Shown here piece by piece: positions 24,401-35,273 of a stretch of 64,000 nt of DNA. The first letter of the stretch is position 1; each line of letters starts with the position of its first letter. This stretch comes from Caecitellus pseudoparvulus. Its lineage: Eukaryota > Protista > Bigyra: Bicosoecida. The notes under the pieces are model-generated. The model had not been told where the DNA came from and ran no database searches. It was given only the letters and a program-made list of their open reading frames with translations. The stretch spans positions 1,364,001-1,428,000 of the forward strand of contig CBFFRQ010000068.1 in the NCBI GenBank assembly GCA_965644315.1, written 5' to 3'. Position numbers and translations under genes: made by a program.

Positions 24401-24776
24401 TGCAGACATGTCTTGGTAGGAGAAGAGCAAGGGCTACCCCAAGGCAGACGAGCCTGGACGGAAGGGTTGCACACCGCACACCACGCCAACACTGTCCGAC
24501 AAGCGCACGCACGCGGATCCGACCCTGAAACAACTCGAGCAGGCGCTTCTTCTCGAACACAATCTTGCTTGCAGCAAAAAGAAGGGTGTTCTTGACGTCC
24601 GCCTCTGAACCGTGGTTCACAATGTCCAGCCAGCGTTCAACAGGAACTGCACCAGGCTGCACTGCAAGCGCACTGGGATCGAGTGGCTCAGAGTGCTTCA
24701 CCATGACATGCCCTTGGCTTCCGTCTGGGGCAGCAGGTGGGGGCCGTGCTGGAGACTTGTGGCTTGGTGCTGACAT
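18487..24776 (-). CDS. Large protein: N-terminal coiled coil, disordered linker, Gly/Pro-rich 22-aa tandem repeats, basic C-terminus; 5' exon structure unresolved
   Basis: 2001-aa ORF (18487..24492) with a heptad-rich region and repeat PSGGAAGVKPAGGPPGRGPAPS. Upstream candidate exon starts MSAPSHKSPARPP at 24776; splice joins between 24130 and 24440 are not resolved. Confidence 0.75.
18854..22222. repeat. Coding higher-order tandem repeat: 66-bp unit in blocks of 6, 4, 7 and 20 copies, separated by three near-identical 309-bp spacers
   Basis: Unit ggagatggcgcaggaccacgaccaggtggaccccctgccggcttcacaccggccgcgccaccactc. Blocks 18854-19249, 19559-19822, 20132-20593, 20903-22222; spacers 19250-19558, 19823-20131, 20594-20902. 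Confidence 0.97.
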
Positions 24777-25122
24777 GGCTGCGAAGTCGTGCACAATCGT
24801 CGAGGGCCACTGGCAGCAGCAGCTGTGGTTCCGCACGTGGTTGTAAGCTGGCTCTAGGCAGCACAAGCTTTGGAAGGAAGGGGGGGGGGGTGAAGTTGCC
24901 TGGGGATACCAGGCAGGCCACCACTTGCGTGTGCGGCGCTCAAATATTTATGCCTCCAATCTACAAGTGCGAGCCCACCTCACCAGAGCACAGCAGCAGG
25001 CACTTGCCCATCTGGGCAGATTACAAGGGATACAATCACTGAACTCCCCGTGAAATCTTTCTCGGTCTGCTGATCCGTGTGTCTGTACTGCAGTGCCTTG
25101 CGCGCTCCACAAGAAGTGCACC

Positions 25123-28100
25123 ATGTCTGAAGTCGCCAGAGAGTGTAAGCTTGCCACTCGGACAATGAGCGAAACCAGGCTTCCCCAGGCCGAGGACCGC
25201 ATCCGAAATCTGGACTTCCGGAACCGATTCAAGGGGTACACCGAAGAACTTCAACTTCGAGGGAGCGCTTCCAAACGTTTGCAAAGCGTAAGCGTTTCAG
25301 TGCTGACCGTGGCAGTGACTTGCGTTTCACGAGCGTTGATCTGAGGTGGCTCTACAGCATGGCCCCCCCTCGCCACGCACACAGTACTTGATTGGTACAA
25401 TCCCCACTGGCCTTTCGAATCGCATGAAGCTTGCTCTCGTCTTGAATGTCAGTCGGCTTGGTCGGGCTTGGGATACGTGCGTGCCAGCACCAAGGAGTGT
25501 GAGGGAGAAGCAACGCTCACTTCCCAGACAGCCCACCGCACCACAGGATCCAAGTAGTCGCCAGCGTAGCAGCGTGTGCTGTCTATGTGGCGGGAACATA
25601 CGCTTTCGTAGCACCTCAAAGCGTGGACCAGACGTTCACGGTGCTGTTTACCATGGATTTGTTGCTCCGCTTGGCAGCCTCGTCGCAACGCATGACTTTT
25701 CTCTGCAGCCCCATGGCCATTGTAGACATCCTGACAGTGACTCCAGTATATCTTGAGTGGCTTGGTGATATGGACAATGGGAATTCGTTGAATTTCTTGC
25801 GCTTCATCCGTGTGCTGCGGGTCATGAGAATCCTGCGCACGTTCAAGGTGATCAACAACGGCATGAACGCGATCAAGCGGCAGACTATAACTCTGGCTCT
25901 GACAGTGACCTCAATCGTTTTCTTGGCGGCAGGGCTGGTGCACCTTTTCGAGGGTGATCTGTTCCAGCCGCTGGAGGGCACTGCGCAAGACGAACACATG
26001 ACCTTCGGCAACGCTCTCTGGTTCATCATCGTCACGCTGTCTACGGTGGGGTTCGGGGATGTCGTTCCAGAGTCCCGATTTGGCCAGGTGGTGACGGCCA
26101 TCTTCATCATTGCGTCCATTGTGCTCATCCCCATGCAAGTGAACCAGCTGACAGGCTTGCTTGCTCTGCAGTCAAAGTTCAGGACAAAGCACCGACCTTC
26201 CAACGGGACACCGCCCCATGTGCTGATCATTGGGCATGTGTCTGATGCAAGCATGCTAGAAGACTTCCTTGCCGAGTTCTACCACCCAGACCGCGTCGGG
26301 GAAGGGGGGGGACTAGACAACTCCAGGCAAGCCATCATCATGGGCCCTGACGAGCCGACGGATGGCGTGCAGAGCTTGCTTTTGAACCCCGTGTACGACA
26401 CTCACATTCGCTACGTGCGTGGCAGCGTCATGTCCAATGACGATTTGTGGAGGGTGGCCGCAGACAAGGCGGAGGCCTGCTTTGTACTGTGCAATAGCGG
26501 CGCTTCTGATCCGGCTGCTGAAGACAAGGCCACTGCCCTGCGCACATTGGTGGTGAAGAACTTCAACCCTGCCTTGCGTATCTTTGTTCATATCTTGGGG
26601 GGCAGGGCACTTCAACATGTCCAGCAGAGTGAGGTTGACGAAGCAGTGGCGGTGGAGGAATGGAAGACACGGCTGCTAGCTCAGAGCACGTTAGTGCCCG
26701 GCTTCTCTACGTTGGTGAACAACATCATGCGCAGTGCGACGGTACCAGACTTGGACCAGCTAGAGCCGTGGATGCGGGAATACTCTTGCGGGGCTGGGTT
26801 GGAGATCTACCCGGTTCCTGTTCCTCAGGTCTTTGAAGGATTGACTTTCACTGAGGTGGTGCGCATTGTGTACTCAAGATTTGATGGGACCGCCATCGTT
26901 TGGGGCGTACAGGAGCCAGCTGCTCGGCGCTCTTCTCCCCAAGCATTAGAGCGAATAGAACGCATCCAACGACGAGCACGCCGCGGAAGCGGCCCTTCTT
27001 CGCAGCTCCTGAGCTGCTCTCCATTCTCAAACTCAGACATTCCAGGCAAGGTGCACTTAAACCCAGGCAAAAGGTACAGGGTAACTTCTGGTATGACTCT
27101 GTTTGTGTTGGCCGAAGATGAAAGCATCGCACTGGACGTGGCCCGAAACTCGTCGTACGCAAGCACTGACCTGCCCACAGCAACGGACGGCCCACCAGGC
27201 TTCGACCCGGAGCAGGAAGGGCATCGTAAGCCAGGATGCTCCTGGTGTGATGTAAGAAAGCCTTCAAAGCAGAGGCAGCGGGGAGTGACTGAAGACGGCG
27301 CACCCAGCGAGGCCTCTGGCTGGTCCAGGCTGCGGCAGCACCTCAAGCAGCGAGCGAAGGCGCAGCGCGTGCGCGAGAGGGCAACGGACACAGATGTCGG
27401 GCGTACAGGGCAAATGCGAAGTGTAGTCGAAGCCTTCAACAAAGCAAGCGTTCACCGCCTCGCCGCACCCGCTCCCCCCGACCCGTACTCCGCGCTTGCT
27501 GGGGTCATCACAGAAGATGTCCGGGGCTTGGATGAGAGCGACGGCCCACACATCCTAGTCATTGGGTCCTTGCCCAGTTTTACGGCGTTTCTCAAACCAT
27601 TGCGAGCGCGGCACCTCAACGGCACGAGTTTGTTCAAGCCGGTGGTCTTGCTGACAGAAGACAAGGACGAAAACAAACTGGCGCATTTCTCCGAGCACGC
27701 TGTGTCACTCTCCAAAGTTCACATCGTCTTTGGACAAGCACATTCACTCTCGGATTTGCGCAGGGCAGGCATCAGTTCGGCATCTTGTGCGGTCATTGCA
27801 TCTAACAGGGATCACAGCAGCCCAATTGATGGCATTCCACTTGACGCATCGGTGCTATTCTCGTACATGGTCTTGGAGCAAGCGCTGCTCTCAGTTCCCA
27901 CCCTTCCAGACTTCTACACGCTTGTCGAGCTTTCTACAATGGACAACTTGCAGATACTGAATCGAAAGCGCCTGTCTAGGATGCAGGTACTTGACTTCAA
28001 TGGAGACAAGGCTGAGCAAGTGCACCGCCTGCTCGGTGTCGTTCCTCCTGCTGCTGCAGCGCCAGAGCAGCAGCGAGGCTCTGCCACGACGCTGCAACTG

Positions 28101-29123
28101 GGACCTGGCATACCCCCACAGCAACGTGAAAGTGCAAAGCGCCAAGCTTTCTCCTTGGTCGATGCGCCAATCACTCGAGAGGAGGAGGGTCTCCAGCGCG
28201 TGGAGGAGTTAAAGCGCCGAAAGAGGCAGCAAGAAAGACAGCAAAGCCGAGTGCACTTCAGTGGCTTTAACAGTGGAGCAACCATGCCTTTTTTTGCAGC
28301 CGGCTATGGGTATGCAACTGATACGCTTCACACCATGCTGTGCCAGGCCTTCTACTGCCACGAGACCATGCGCTTCGCGGACGAGCTGCTGTCGCCAGAC
28401 CCGGGCAGGGCATCTCGACTGATCTGCCGCCCCGTGCCAAACACATACCATAGCTTGTCGTTTGGTGTCTTGTTCTTTGATTGCCTTATGCAGCACGATG
28501 CCGTCTGCGTAGGCTTGTACCGGTGTCGGAGCGCCCTGGGGTCGGACCTGTGCTATGTTGTCACTGGTCCAGACCCAGACGTGAAACTTCACAGCACTTC
28601 CTCGGACCGAGATCTGATGTACCTCTTGAGCACTAACCCCCCTCCCCCTTCCAGAGACATGAAGCCTGCGATGCTCAAGACGACAGCTTTCACTCGCATT
28701 TCTGCAGAGCTGGGTTTCCCTGACACGCGGGGAGGCGAGCCTGCAGGTGTCGCCATGGCTGCCCAGCGTCATGATGTGGACGCTGTGAGCGATGATCGCC
28801 GTGTCGGGCATCAGGCTGAAGGATGTGAGCCACCTCGACGGGAATCAAAGCTTGCCAGCGCTGCACGCACAGAACGCATCCCCGAACCGCATAGCCCACA
28901 AGCTGCCTCCAGAGGTATGGCCAGAGAGGGATCGGAGCCGCAGAAAAGCTGCAAACCAGTCCTTCCTAAGCTTCCAGACGACTTTCCCCCTTCTGCAGCC
29001 GCGCCTCTGCCCACAAAATCAAGTCCCTTGCGGAGGGGAGTTAAGGCAAAACTAGCCCTCTTGCGGGCACCTGCACAAGCGCATCAGGTCACCAGACCCC
29101 CGAAGAGTGGGTCCCAGGATTAA
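25123..29123 (+). CDS. Slo/BK-family potassium channel (6TM plus two RCK domains); introns 25288-25384 and 25477-25546
   Basis: S4 FLRFIRVLRVMRILRTFK, pore TLSTVGFGDVVP, RCK1 HVLIIGH...YVRGSVMSNDDLWRV...AEACFVL, LAQSTLVPGFSTLVNN, RCK2 with LVEL and PFFAAG. Confidence 0.92.
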
Positions 29124-29356
29124 ATGGGGGCCTTGCATACCTCTTACTCCCTCAGATTGCGTGGGGGTTTGCCTATCCTCTTCCAGGGTCAGAAGAGTGC
29201 AGCTGCGTGCTGCCGCGATGTCGGCTCAAGCTCAGAGTATTGCCAATTCTCGAGCCATGGTCAACTCGAAAGTCAATCAAAAATACACAACCACACCAAA
29301 CCTGCTCTCGTACTGTGACTGCCTAGTCGCTCTTCGCCGCTCACTCACTCTCAAGC

Positions 29357-31345
29357 ATGCTCGCCACAAGCACTTACTTGAGGCGTGCACCCCACGTGCT
29401 TGGCACCCTGCTCGGCCGTGGGAGTAGGCAGGGGTTCTCGTCGGCCACTTCGAGGCATGATTTCGATGTGGTTGTAGTTGGGGGGGGCGTTGTGGGTTCA
29501 CTTGCGGCATGCCAGATTTGTGAGAAGCTGCAGGGGCACTTCGCCACAAACACCAGCGTTGGCACACACGTACGCCCGAGCCGCAGGCGCTGCGTTGCCG
29601 CACGCAAGGGTCGCTTTGGTGGATGGACAAGCACCTTCAAGTCCAACAGAGGTCGCCTCGGATTCACCTCCTGACTTGAGAGCCTTCGCAATCACCCCTG
29701 CCAGTGCCGCTGCGCTTGAATGTGAGTGCGGAAATTGATGCTGCGAAATCCTGGCCATCACCCCGGGAGTGCCTTCGCAGCTGTGGGAGCTTGGGAAAGT
29801 AGCCTTTCGCACAGATGCGTGCCATATGATGCCATGCAAGTGTGGGACAGCGTTGGCTCGGGGTTTATGCGGTTCAAGGCACCTTCCCAACAGGAGCCTT
29901 TGGGATGGCTTGTGGAGGAGAAAGTGCTGAAGGCCAACCTTGGGGAGGCTGTCTCGCAGCTTGCAAAGGAGCAGGGCCGCCTTTCGCTTCTGGCCCCTAA
30001 CAGCGTGCAGCATCTTGAGTTGCCGCCTGCTGCAAGTTCACCCAGGCCTTACGGCGCGACCCAGCGCTCTACGCCCGGTCAGCACGCAGTTGTGGAGCTG
30101 GAAGGGGGCGAGGAGCTGATCACGAAACTTGTCGTAAGTTGCCTCCATGGCACCTGCACGAACGCGCCGAAAGTGGCCGTAGGAGTGGCTTGTGGCAAGG
30201 CTCCACTTGCACGTGCGCTGCCTTTGCAGGTCGGAGCTGATGGAGCAAACTCCCCGACCCGAGCTGCAGCAGGCATCGGCGTTTGGGGCTGGGACTATGA
30301 CCAACGAGGACTCGTAGCGACGATCAAGACTGCCGAACCACATACAACGGCATGGCAGCGCTTTCTTCCGACCGGGCCACTTGCCATCTTGCCTCTGTGG
30401 GACGATATGTCGAGCATCGTCTGGTCCGCTCCTCCAGACCTCACCCGCAAGCTTGCTGCAATGCCAGAGTCGGAATTTCTGGAAGAACTTAATCGAGCGC
30501 TTGGCCATGAAAGTGCACTTCCTTTTCAGCACTCTTTTACGGCCAATCCCATTTCCGAAGCACACGCAGCGTCCAGCAGCCTGGAAGGTGCATTCGGCAT
30601 TCCGAGAAGCATCAACCACCTGGGCCCGCTGTGGGGCGGCATCGCGGCAGCAGCAGATGCCTTCTCCGGCACGTTGGTGGCTGCTTCAAGCTCCGTAGAT
30701 GGATTTCACGCTCCCCCCATCGCAAAAGGGCTGAAGTCGGCACGGGCATCCTTCCCCCTTCGCCTACAGGGTGCGCGGTCCCAAGCAGGCCCCCGTTGTG
30801 CATTGGTTGGCGATGCCGCTCACACCATGCACCCAATGGCAGGGCAAAACCTGAATATGGGCATTGCTGACTGCACGCAGCTCGCTGCGTCCCTCGCAGC
30901 CGGCGCCTCGGCTGGTAGGGAGCTAGGCAGCGCAGTGACGCTCTCGGACTTTTCCACAGCACGCCAAATGGGGAACACCGCGAGCATGCTGGCCGTTGAT
31001 GTTATCAAGCGCATGTATGCGGTGCCAGCGTCGCCCCTCTCATGGCTGCGCAACGTTGGCATGGCCGGAATCAATGCGCTGCCACCTGTGAAGACCGCCA
31101 TTGCCCAGCTCGCGGCCGGGAAAGATGGGCAGGCTGCCCTGGATGCTTTACTCCAGGCAGCGCCTCACTTGCAGGCGGGCAGACAAGCTGTACAAGCGGC
31201 ACACCACGCCCTGCGCCCCCGCTTGAGGCAGGCGAGCAAAGCAGTCGCATCGGCAGGAGACGTGGCGCAGCAAGTCACAAAGGTGGCGTGCCGCACGTTT
31301 CAGGATGCAACTCCCGAGCCAAGCAGTGGTCCGAATCGTCCTTAG
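29357..31345 (+). CDS. COQ6: Ubiquinone biosynthesis monooxygenase COQ6; introns 29520-29586, 29722-29780, 30134-30229
   Basis: Mitochondrial presequence, FDVVVVGGGVVG, MQVWD, LV|VGADGANS, AWQRFLPTGPLAILPL, RASFPL, LVGDAAHTMHPMAGQNLNMG. Confidence 0.92.
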
Positions 31346-34300
31346 CGCACACCTCCATGTACTTCCCATGCTGAGTGCCGCAGCTCCGAGCCTCGACGCG
31401 CAGCCTGGTCCTCGCTCAGCAAGTCAGCGACGTGAAGTCTGGGCAATGCACGAGCAGCGAGAGCACGTTGCGCCCCACCTGGCATCGGCCCCTTGGCGCC
31501 CATCGCCCTGGAAATGCTGCCAAGCTCCGGGTTTGATAGTGACGCATGCAACCGCTGCCCCTCTGCTGCTTGCTGACCGGCTGGTGTGCCTGCTGGCTGC
31601 TTGAGTGGCAATGCGTGATGTGACAAAGCTGCACGAGCCCGAAGAGCTGCTTGTGACATGTGAGCTGGTGACTGCTGCGCCTGCTTGGCTGCTGTGGATC
31701 GTGTCGTGCCTGTCACACTGGCCATTGCACGCGGGTTCTCCGGTCGTGTGGCCATGCGAGGTGCTAAGCGCTCCAACTCGCCGTTGGCGGGCCGCTGAGA
31801 CACAGTCTCTGGGCTGGCAGACTTGGGCAACTCCACATCTGTGCTTTCTTGAACTGCCTTTTTTTCGCCCCGATGTGACGGGGGCTCACCACTTGATACC
31901 TTTCCGATCATTAAGTTGCCTACTGAGGCAGTGGCCCCCCCAGACGCTCCCGCCGCCACGGAATCAACATGAACAATGCCGCCGGCCTCCGCCCATGATC
32001 GGACCTGCACCTTGTGCGAATCTTGCAACTGAGATGGGGCTGCTCTGGAGGCGGCAACTCGGGCAGCCGCACCTCGAATGGAGCTGGGCAGACTGCGGTC
32101 ATTCGCCACTGCTCGGGCGTCGATAGCGCCGACGTCCAGTGCGCGAAGCAAGCCCTCTCCACCCCCTGACATCATGGACCTTATCGCACTTCGGTGCGAA
32201 GGCGTATGGGCTTGCGGGTTGTCCACATGCTGTGGCTTCGGTGCGGTGGCTGGGAGGCTACTCTGTGGCCGGCCGGTGGTGTCTGCTGACCTATGCAAGC
32301 GCCGCGAAGTTGACTCCACTTTGCCAGCAGGCTGCAACTTTGAGCTTCCAGCCTCCAGGCTGGGTAGGTGTATGCGCCCTGCTGGGAGCTCTGTGTTGGC
32401 AACATCGTCGACTAGGATGCCCTCCATTCGACCGCCGGCGTGCTGTCCTACGTGGAACGTCTGCACATCGACGGTCGAAAGAGCTTCACGAGAAGTACAT
32501 GCGTGTGAAACAGGACTATGGTACTCAAACGGAGTTCTGAGTTCCTCGAGCCCTGAGTCTGCCCAGCGCAATGAAGGCTTTGCAGGCAATTTTGCTTCTT
32601 CGCCGAGCACCTTGTCTGCGTGCTCTTCAGAAGTGGGCGGCACAGCTGCTCTTGCTACGCCTGGCTGGCCCCCTGAATCACCGACTACGTACACTGCAGT
32701 TTGTGGTTCAACACTGGCAGGCAGTGCAAGCTGCACGGGGTGCCTCCGGGACACCGAATCAGGCCGTGACACCACATCGAGTGCAGGCCCGAAAGTGGAG
32801 GTTAGGGCGCTGGACGGGGCATCAAGAGACCCGATTCTTCCTCGTTGGGGTTTCTCTCGCGTATCGCCAAGCACCTCGCGCGTCCAAACCTTCCGAGCCC
32901 TGTCTCCGGCGTCGACTTTAGGCTTTACCGACGCAAGCCTGTCACTCAGCCTCCGACTGACGTGCTGCCGAAGCTTTGCTTCACGAAGGACTGCCTCTTG
33001 CTGCTGCCCAAGAAGTCTTGCGGTGTTTGAAGCCAAGGCTTGGGACTTGGCGGTGCTGCGATCGGCGATGGGCGGAGCACAATACAGATGCCTCGGGACC
33101 ATGGCCCGCGGCTTGATGGAGGCTCTCGCAGCCACCACACGCTGCAGTTTGCCACTATACCTGGCCCGCCACTGGACTGCATCTGACTCTGAGCACGAAT
33201 CAGCAATGCTAGCCAAGCGTTGGATGTTCGCAGGTACAGTTGCAGTGCCCCGCTGCTTGCGAGCCTCACGGCGCTTTCGACGACGCCGCCGCCGGCCGTG
33301 GGTCGCACGTTTGTTTAACCCGCCTGACGTGCGAGCAATGACAGCAGGGGCATCAGTGTGATGCCTTCGAGCATTGCTCAGAAGGGCTTCAACGAGTGCG
33401 CCAGGTCTGTAATGTGCACCATCCACGACACCGTCCGTCACTCGGTTGAGAGCCTGCAGCTCTGGAGCAGCATTCAACAGCACCCTGCCGATTCGGGAAT
33501 CCCCTGCAAGCTGTTGTGCCTGGATAGTTCCTTGACCATCAGACCTGTGCGTGTGCAATGACCTTGCAGTGGATGACCCGGCCTTCTCGGTGCTGCTTGC
33601 TCCAGGTGCGGCTCCGTGAATCGCAGTGCTTCTGCTGTATGCTCCAGTGATGAGCCACCTGGTGGAACGAACCCTGCCCAGGAACTCGCGTGAAAGCTCT
33701 CGCTTCAACTGCTCCAGTCGCTCAAGGTCCGCACCCATTGCCGTCTGCCTGGGGCTTCCGATGGGTAGTGAAAGAGGCGGGTGCTCGGCGGGCTGGTCGG
33801 CTTGGGCAGCTGCCCCCGCTTGCCGGAAGTCCGGGGGTGGCTGGGTTGTCTGACAAGGCGCTTGGGGGGTGGGTTTGCGAAAGGGGAGCTGCTTGAGCCA
33901 CGGCATGAGCTGTAGGGCTTCTCGCTGGGCGGAATCTGTGCAGCCAGGCAGCTCGACAAGCAGTCGGGCGAGGTGCAGCGTGCCATCCGGTGCCCTGAAG
34001 CGTGGATCGCAAACAAACGCCCTCACTGCTCTCCGAACCCAGATTCCAAACAAGACCAAGTCCCGGACGAGGCTTACTGGGAGGACGACACCCCCAAGCA
34101 CATCTTGGGGTAAGGTCGCCTTTGCCAGCGCCCTGGCAGCATTGACATCGTCGGAAAAAATGCCACGCCTGTTGCTTCGCCGGCGCAGAGTATCGTAGTG
34201 CTTGAACAGAGCCTTCATTTCCTTAGCATAGACCCACCGGACACGGTTGACGTAGGCGCGCCTCTCAGCGTTGGACAAGCCTTGCAGCATGACCCGCAGA

Positions 34301-35157
34301 CTGCGCGCGATGCGAGAAGGGAGTCGTACAGCCTGACCACCAGGCACGCTGTGTGCCTCGGCACAGCGTCGGTAGGAATCTCGCTGCACGGATCGAGCAT
34401 TCATTCCCACCCTTCGCATAATGCGGAGAGTGTCTGCAAACCGCTCGTCTTCCTCAGCCTCATCTGCAAGCTCCCCCTCGCCAAACCAATCCACTCGTGC
34501 AAGGCCCTGCGACATCGCAGACATGAAAAGGCGTTTGAAAGTGGATACTTTAGGTTCCACTGCTTGTGCTGCTAGCCCTGTGCTGGGCTCTGGTGGGTCC
34601 CCAGCCTCTGCGGCAGCTGCAGCGTCAGCGGCTGCCTTAGCTTCAGACTTCAGGTTGACCTTGTTCAGGCCCAAGACCCACAAGATGTCGGGGTCCAGTG
34701 TCGCCAGCCGAGCCCGGCCAGCGCGCATCTTCTGCCCTCGCTCCACGGCGAGTCTGTGACGGAGTTCTTCCTCAGGCTCCATGGCCTGTGCTTTGCGCCG
34801 GTCCAGTAGCTGGGATGTAGGGAGCAGGCTGGGCACGAGAGCCTTCAGGGTCAAGGCCTCTGCGACTGAGCTAACTGAGGTCGTGGGCGGCAATGAAAAT
34901 CCAGTCACGAACTCCAGCAGCGAGTGAGACAAGGCTCCGTGAGACTCTTCTGCTGGGAGGCATGAGCCGCTGGCCGCCGCTGGGGTCGCAGCGACGCACT
35001 GCGGCTGAGCCTGCATTGCCTCTGTTTGCCAGTGCTCGTCGGAGCCGACTGAATCCACTGAACCCGATGGGCTTTCACAATGGGGTCGCGGGGAGAGACA
35101 GCCCTCAGCCTTAGCCTCGGGCCACCTCGCCCACAACTCAGCCGGAACCTTGTCCAT
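31342..35157 (-). CDS. Uncharacterised large, largely low-complexity protein (about 1270 aa) with an NLS-like basic tract
   Basis: Single uninterrupted ORF of about 3.8 kb; RRRRRRKRREARKQR; no recognisable domain. Confidence 0.65.
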   Translation of the reverse strand: MDKVPAELWARWPEAKAEGCLSPRPHCESPSGSVDSVGSDEHWQTEAMQAQPQCVAATPAAASGSCLPAEESHGALSHSLLEFVTGFSLPPTTSVSSVAEALTLKALVPSLLPTSQLLDRRKAQAMEPEEELRHRLAVERGQKMRAGRARLATLDPDILWVLGLNKVNLKSEAKAAADAAAAAEAGDPPEPSTGLAAQAVEPKVSTFKRLFMSAMSQGLARVDWFGEGELADEAEEDERFADTLRIMRRVGMNARSVQRDSYRRCAEAHSVPGGQAVRLPSRIARSLRVMLQGLSNAERRAYVNRVRWVYAKEMKALFKHYDTLRRRSNRRGIFSDDVNAARALAKATLPQDVLGGVVLPVSLVRDLVLFGIWVRRAVRAFVCDPRFRAPDGTLHLARLLVELPGCTDSAQREALQLMPWLKQLPFRKPTPQAPCQTTQPPPDFRQAGAAAQADQPAEHPPLSLPIGSPRQTAMGADLERLEQLKRELSREFLGRVRSTRWLITGAYSRSTAIHGAAPGASSTEKAGSSTARSLHTHRSDGQGTIQAQQLAGDSRIGRVLLNAAPELQALNRVTDGVVDGAHYRPGALVEALLSNARRHHTDAPAVIARTSGGLNKRATHGRRRRRRKRREARKQRGTATVPANIQRLASIADSCSESDAVQWRARYSGKLQRVVAARASIKPRAMVPRHLYCAPPIADRSTAKSQALASNTARLLGQQQEAVLREAKLRQHVSRRLSDRLASVKPKVDAGDRARKVWTREVLGDTREKPQRGRIGSLDAPSSALTSTFGPALDVVSRPDSVSRRHPVQLALPASVEPQTAVYVVGDSGGQPGVARAAVPPTSEEHADKVLGEEAKLPAKPSLRWADSGLEELRTPFEYHSPVSHACTSREALSTVDVQTFHVGQHAGGRMEGILVDDVANTELPAGRIHLPSLEAGSSKLQPAGKVESTSRRLHRSADTTGRPQSSLPATAPKPQHVDNPQAHTPSHRSAIRSMMSGGGEGLLRALDVGAIDARAVANDRSLPSSIRGAAARVAASRAAPSQLQDSHKVQVRSWAEAGGIVHVDSVAAGASGGATASVGNLMIGKVSSGEPPSHRGEKKAVQESTDVELPKSASPETVSQRPANGELERLAPRMATRPENPRAMASVTGTTRSTAAKQAQQSPAHMSQAALRARAALSHHALPLKQPAGTPAGQQAAEGQRLHASLSNPELGSISRAMGAKGPMPGGAQRALAARALPRLHVADLLSEDQAARRGSELRHSAWEVHGGVR

Positions 35158-35273
35158 GGGCACGACTGCTGGTACAAGCCCTTCACATATCTATGGCACA
35201 GGCTTGCTCACACTGCATACAATCGATGCGTCTGCTGCAGTAGTATCCCCGTGTGTGGCATGTATTGGGCAGT

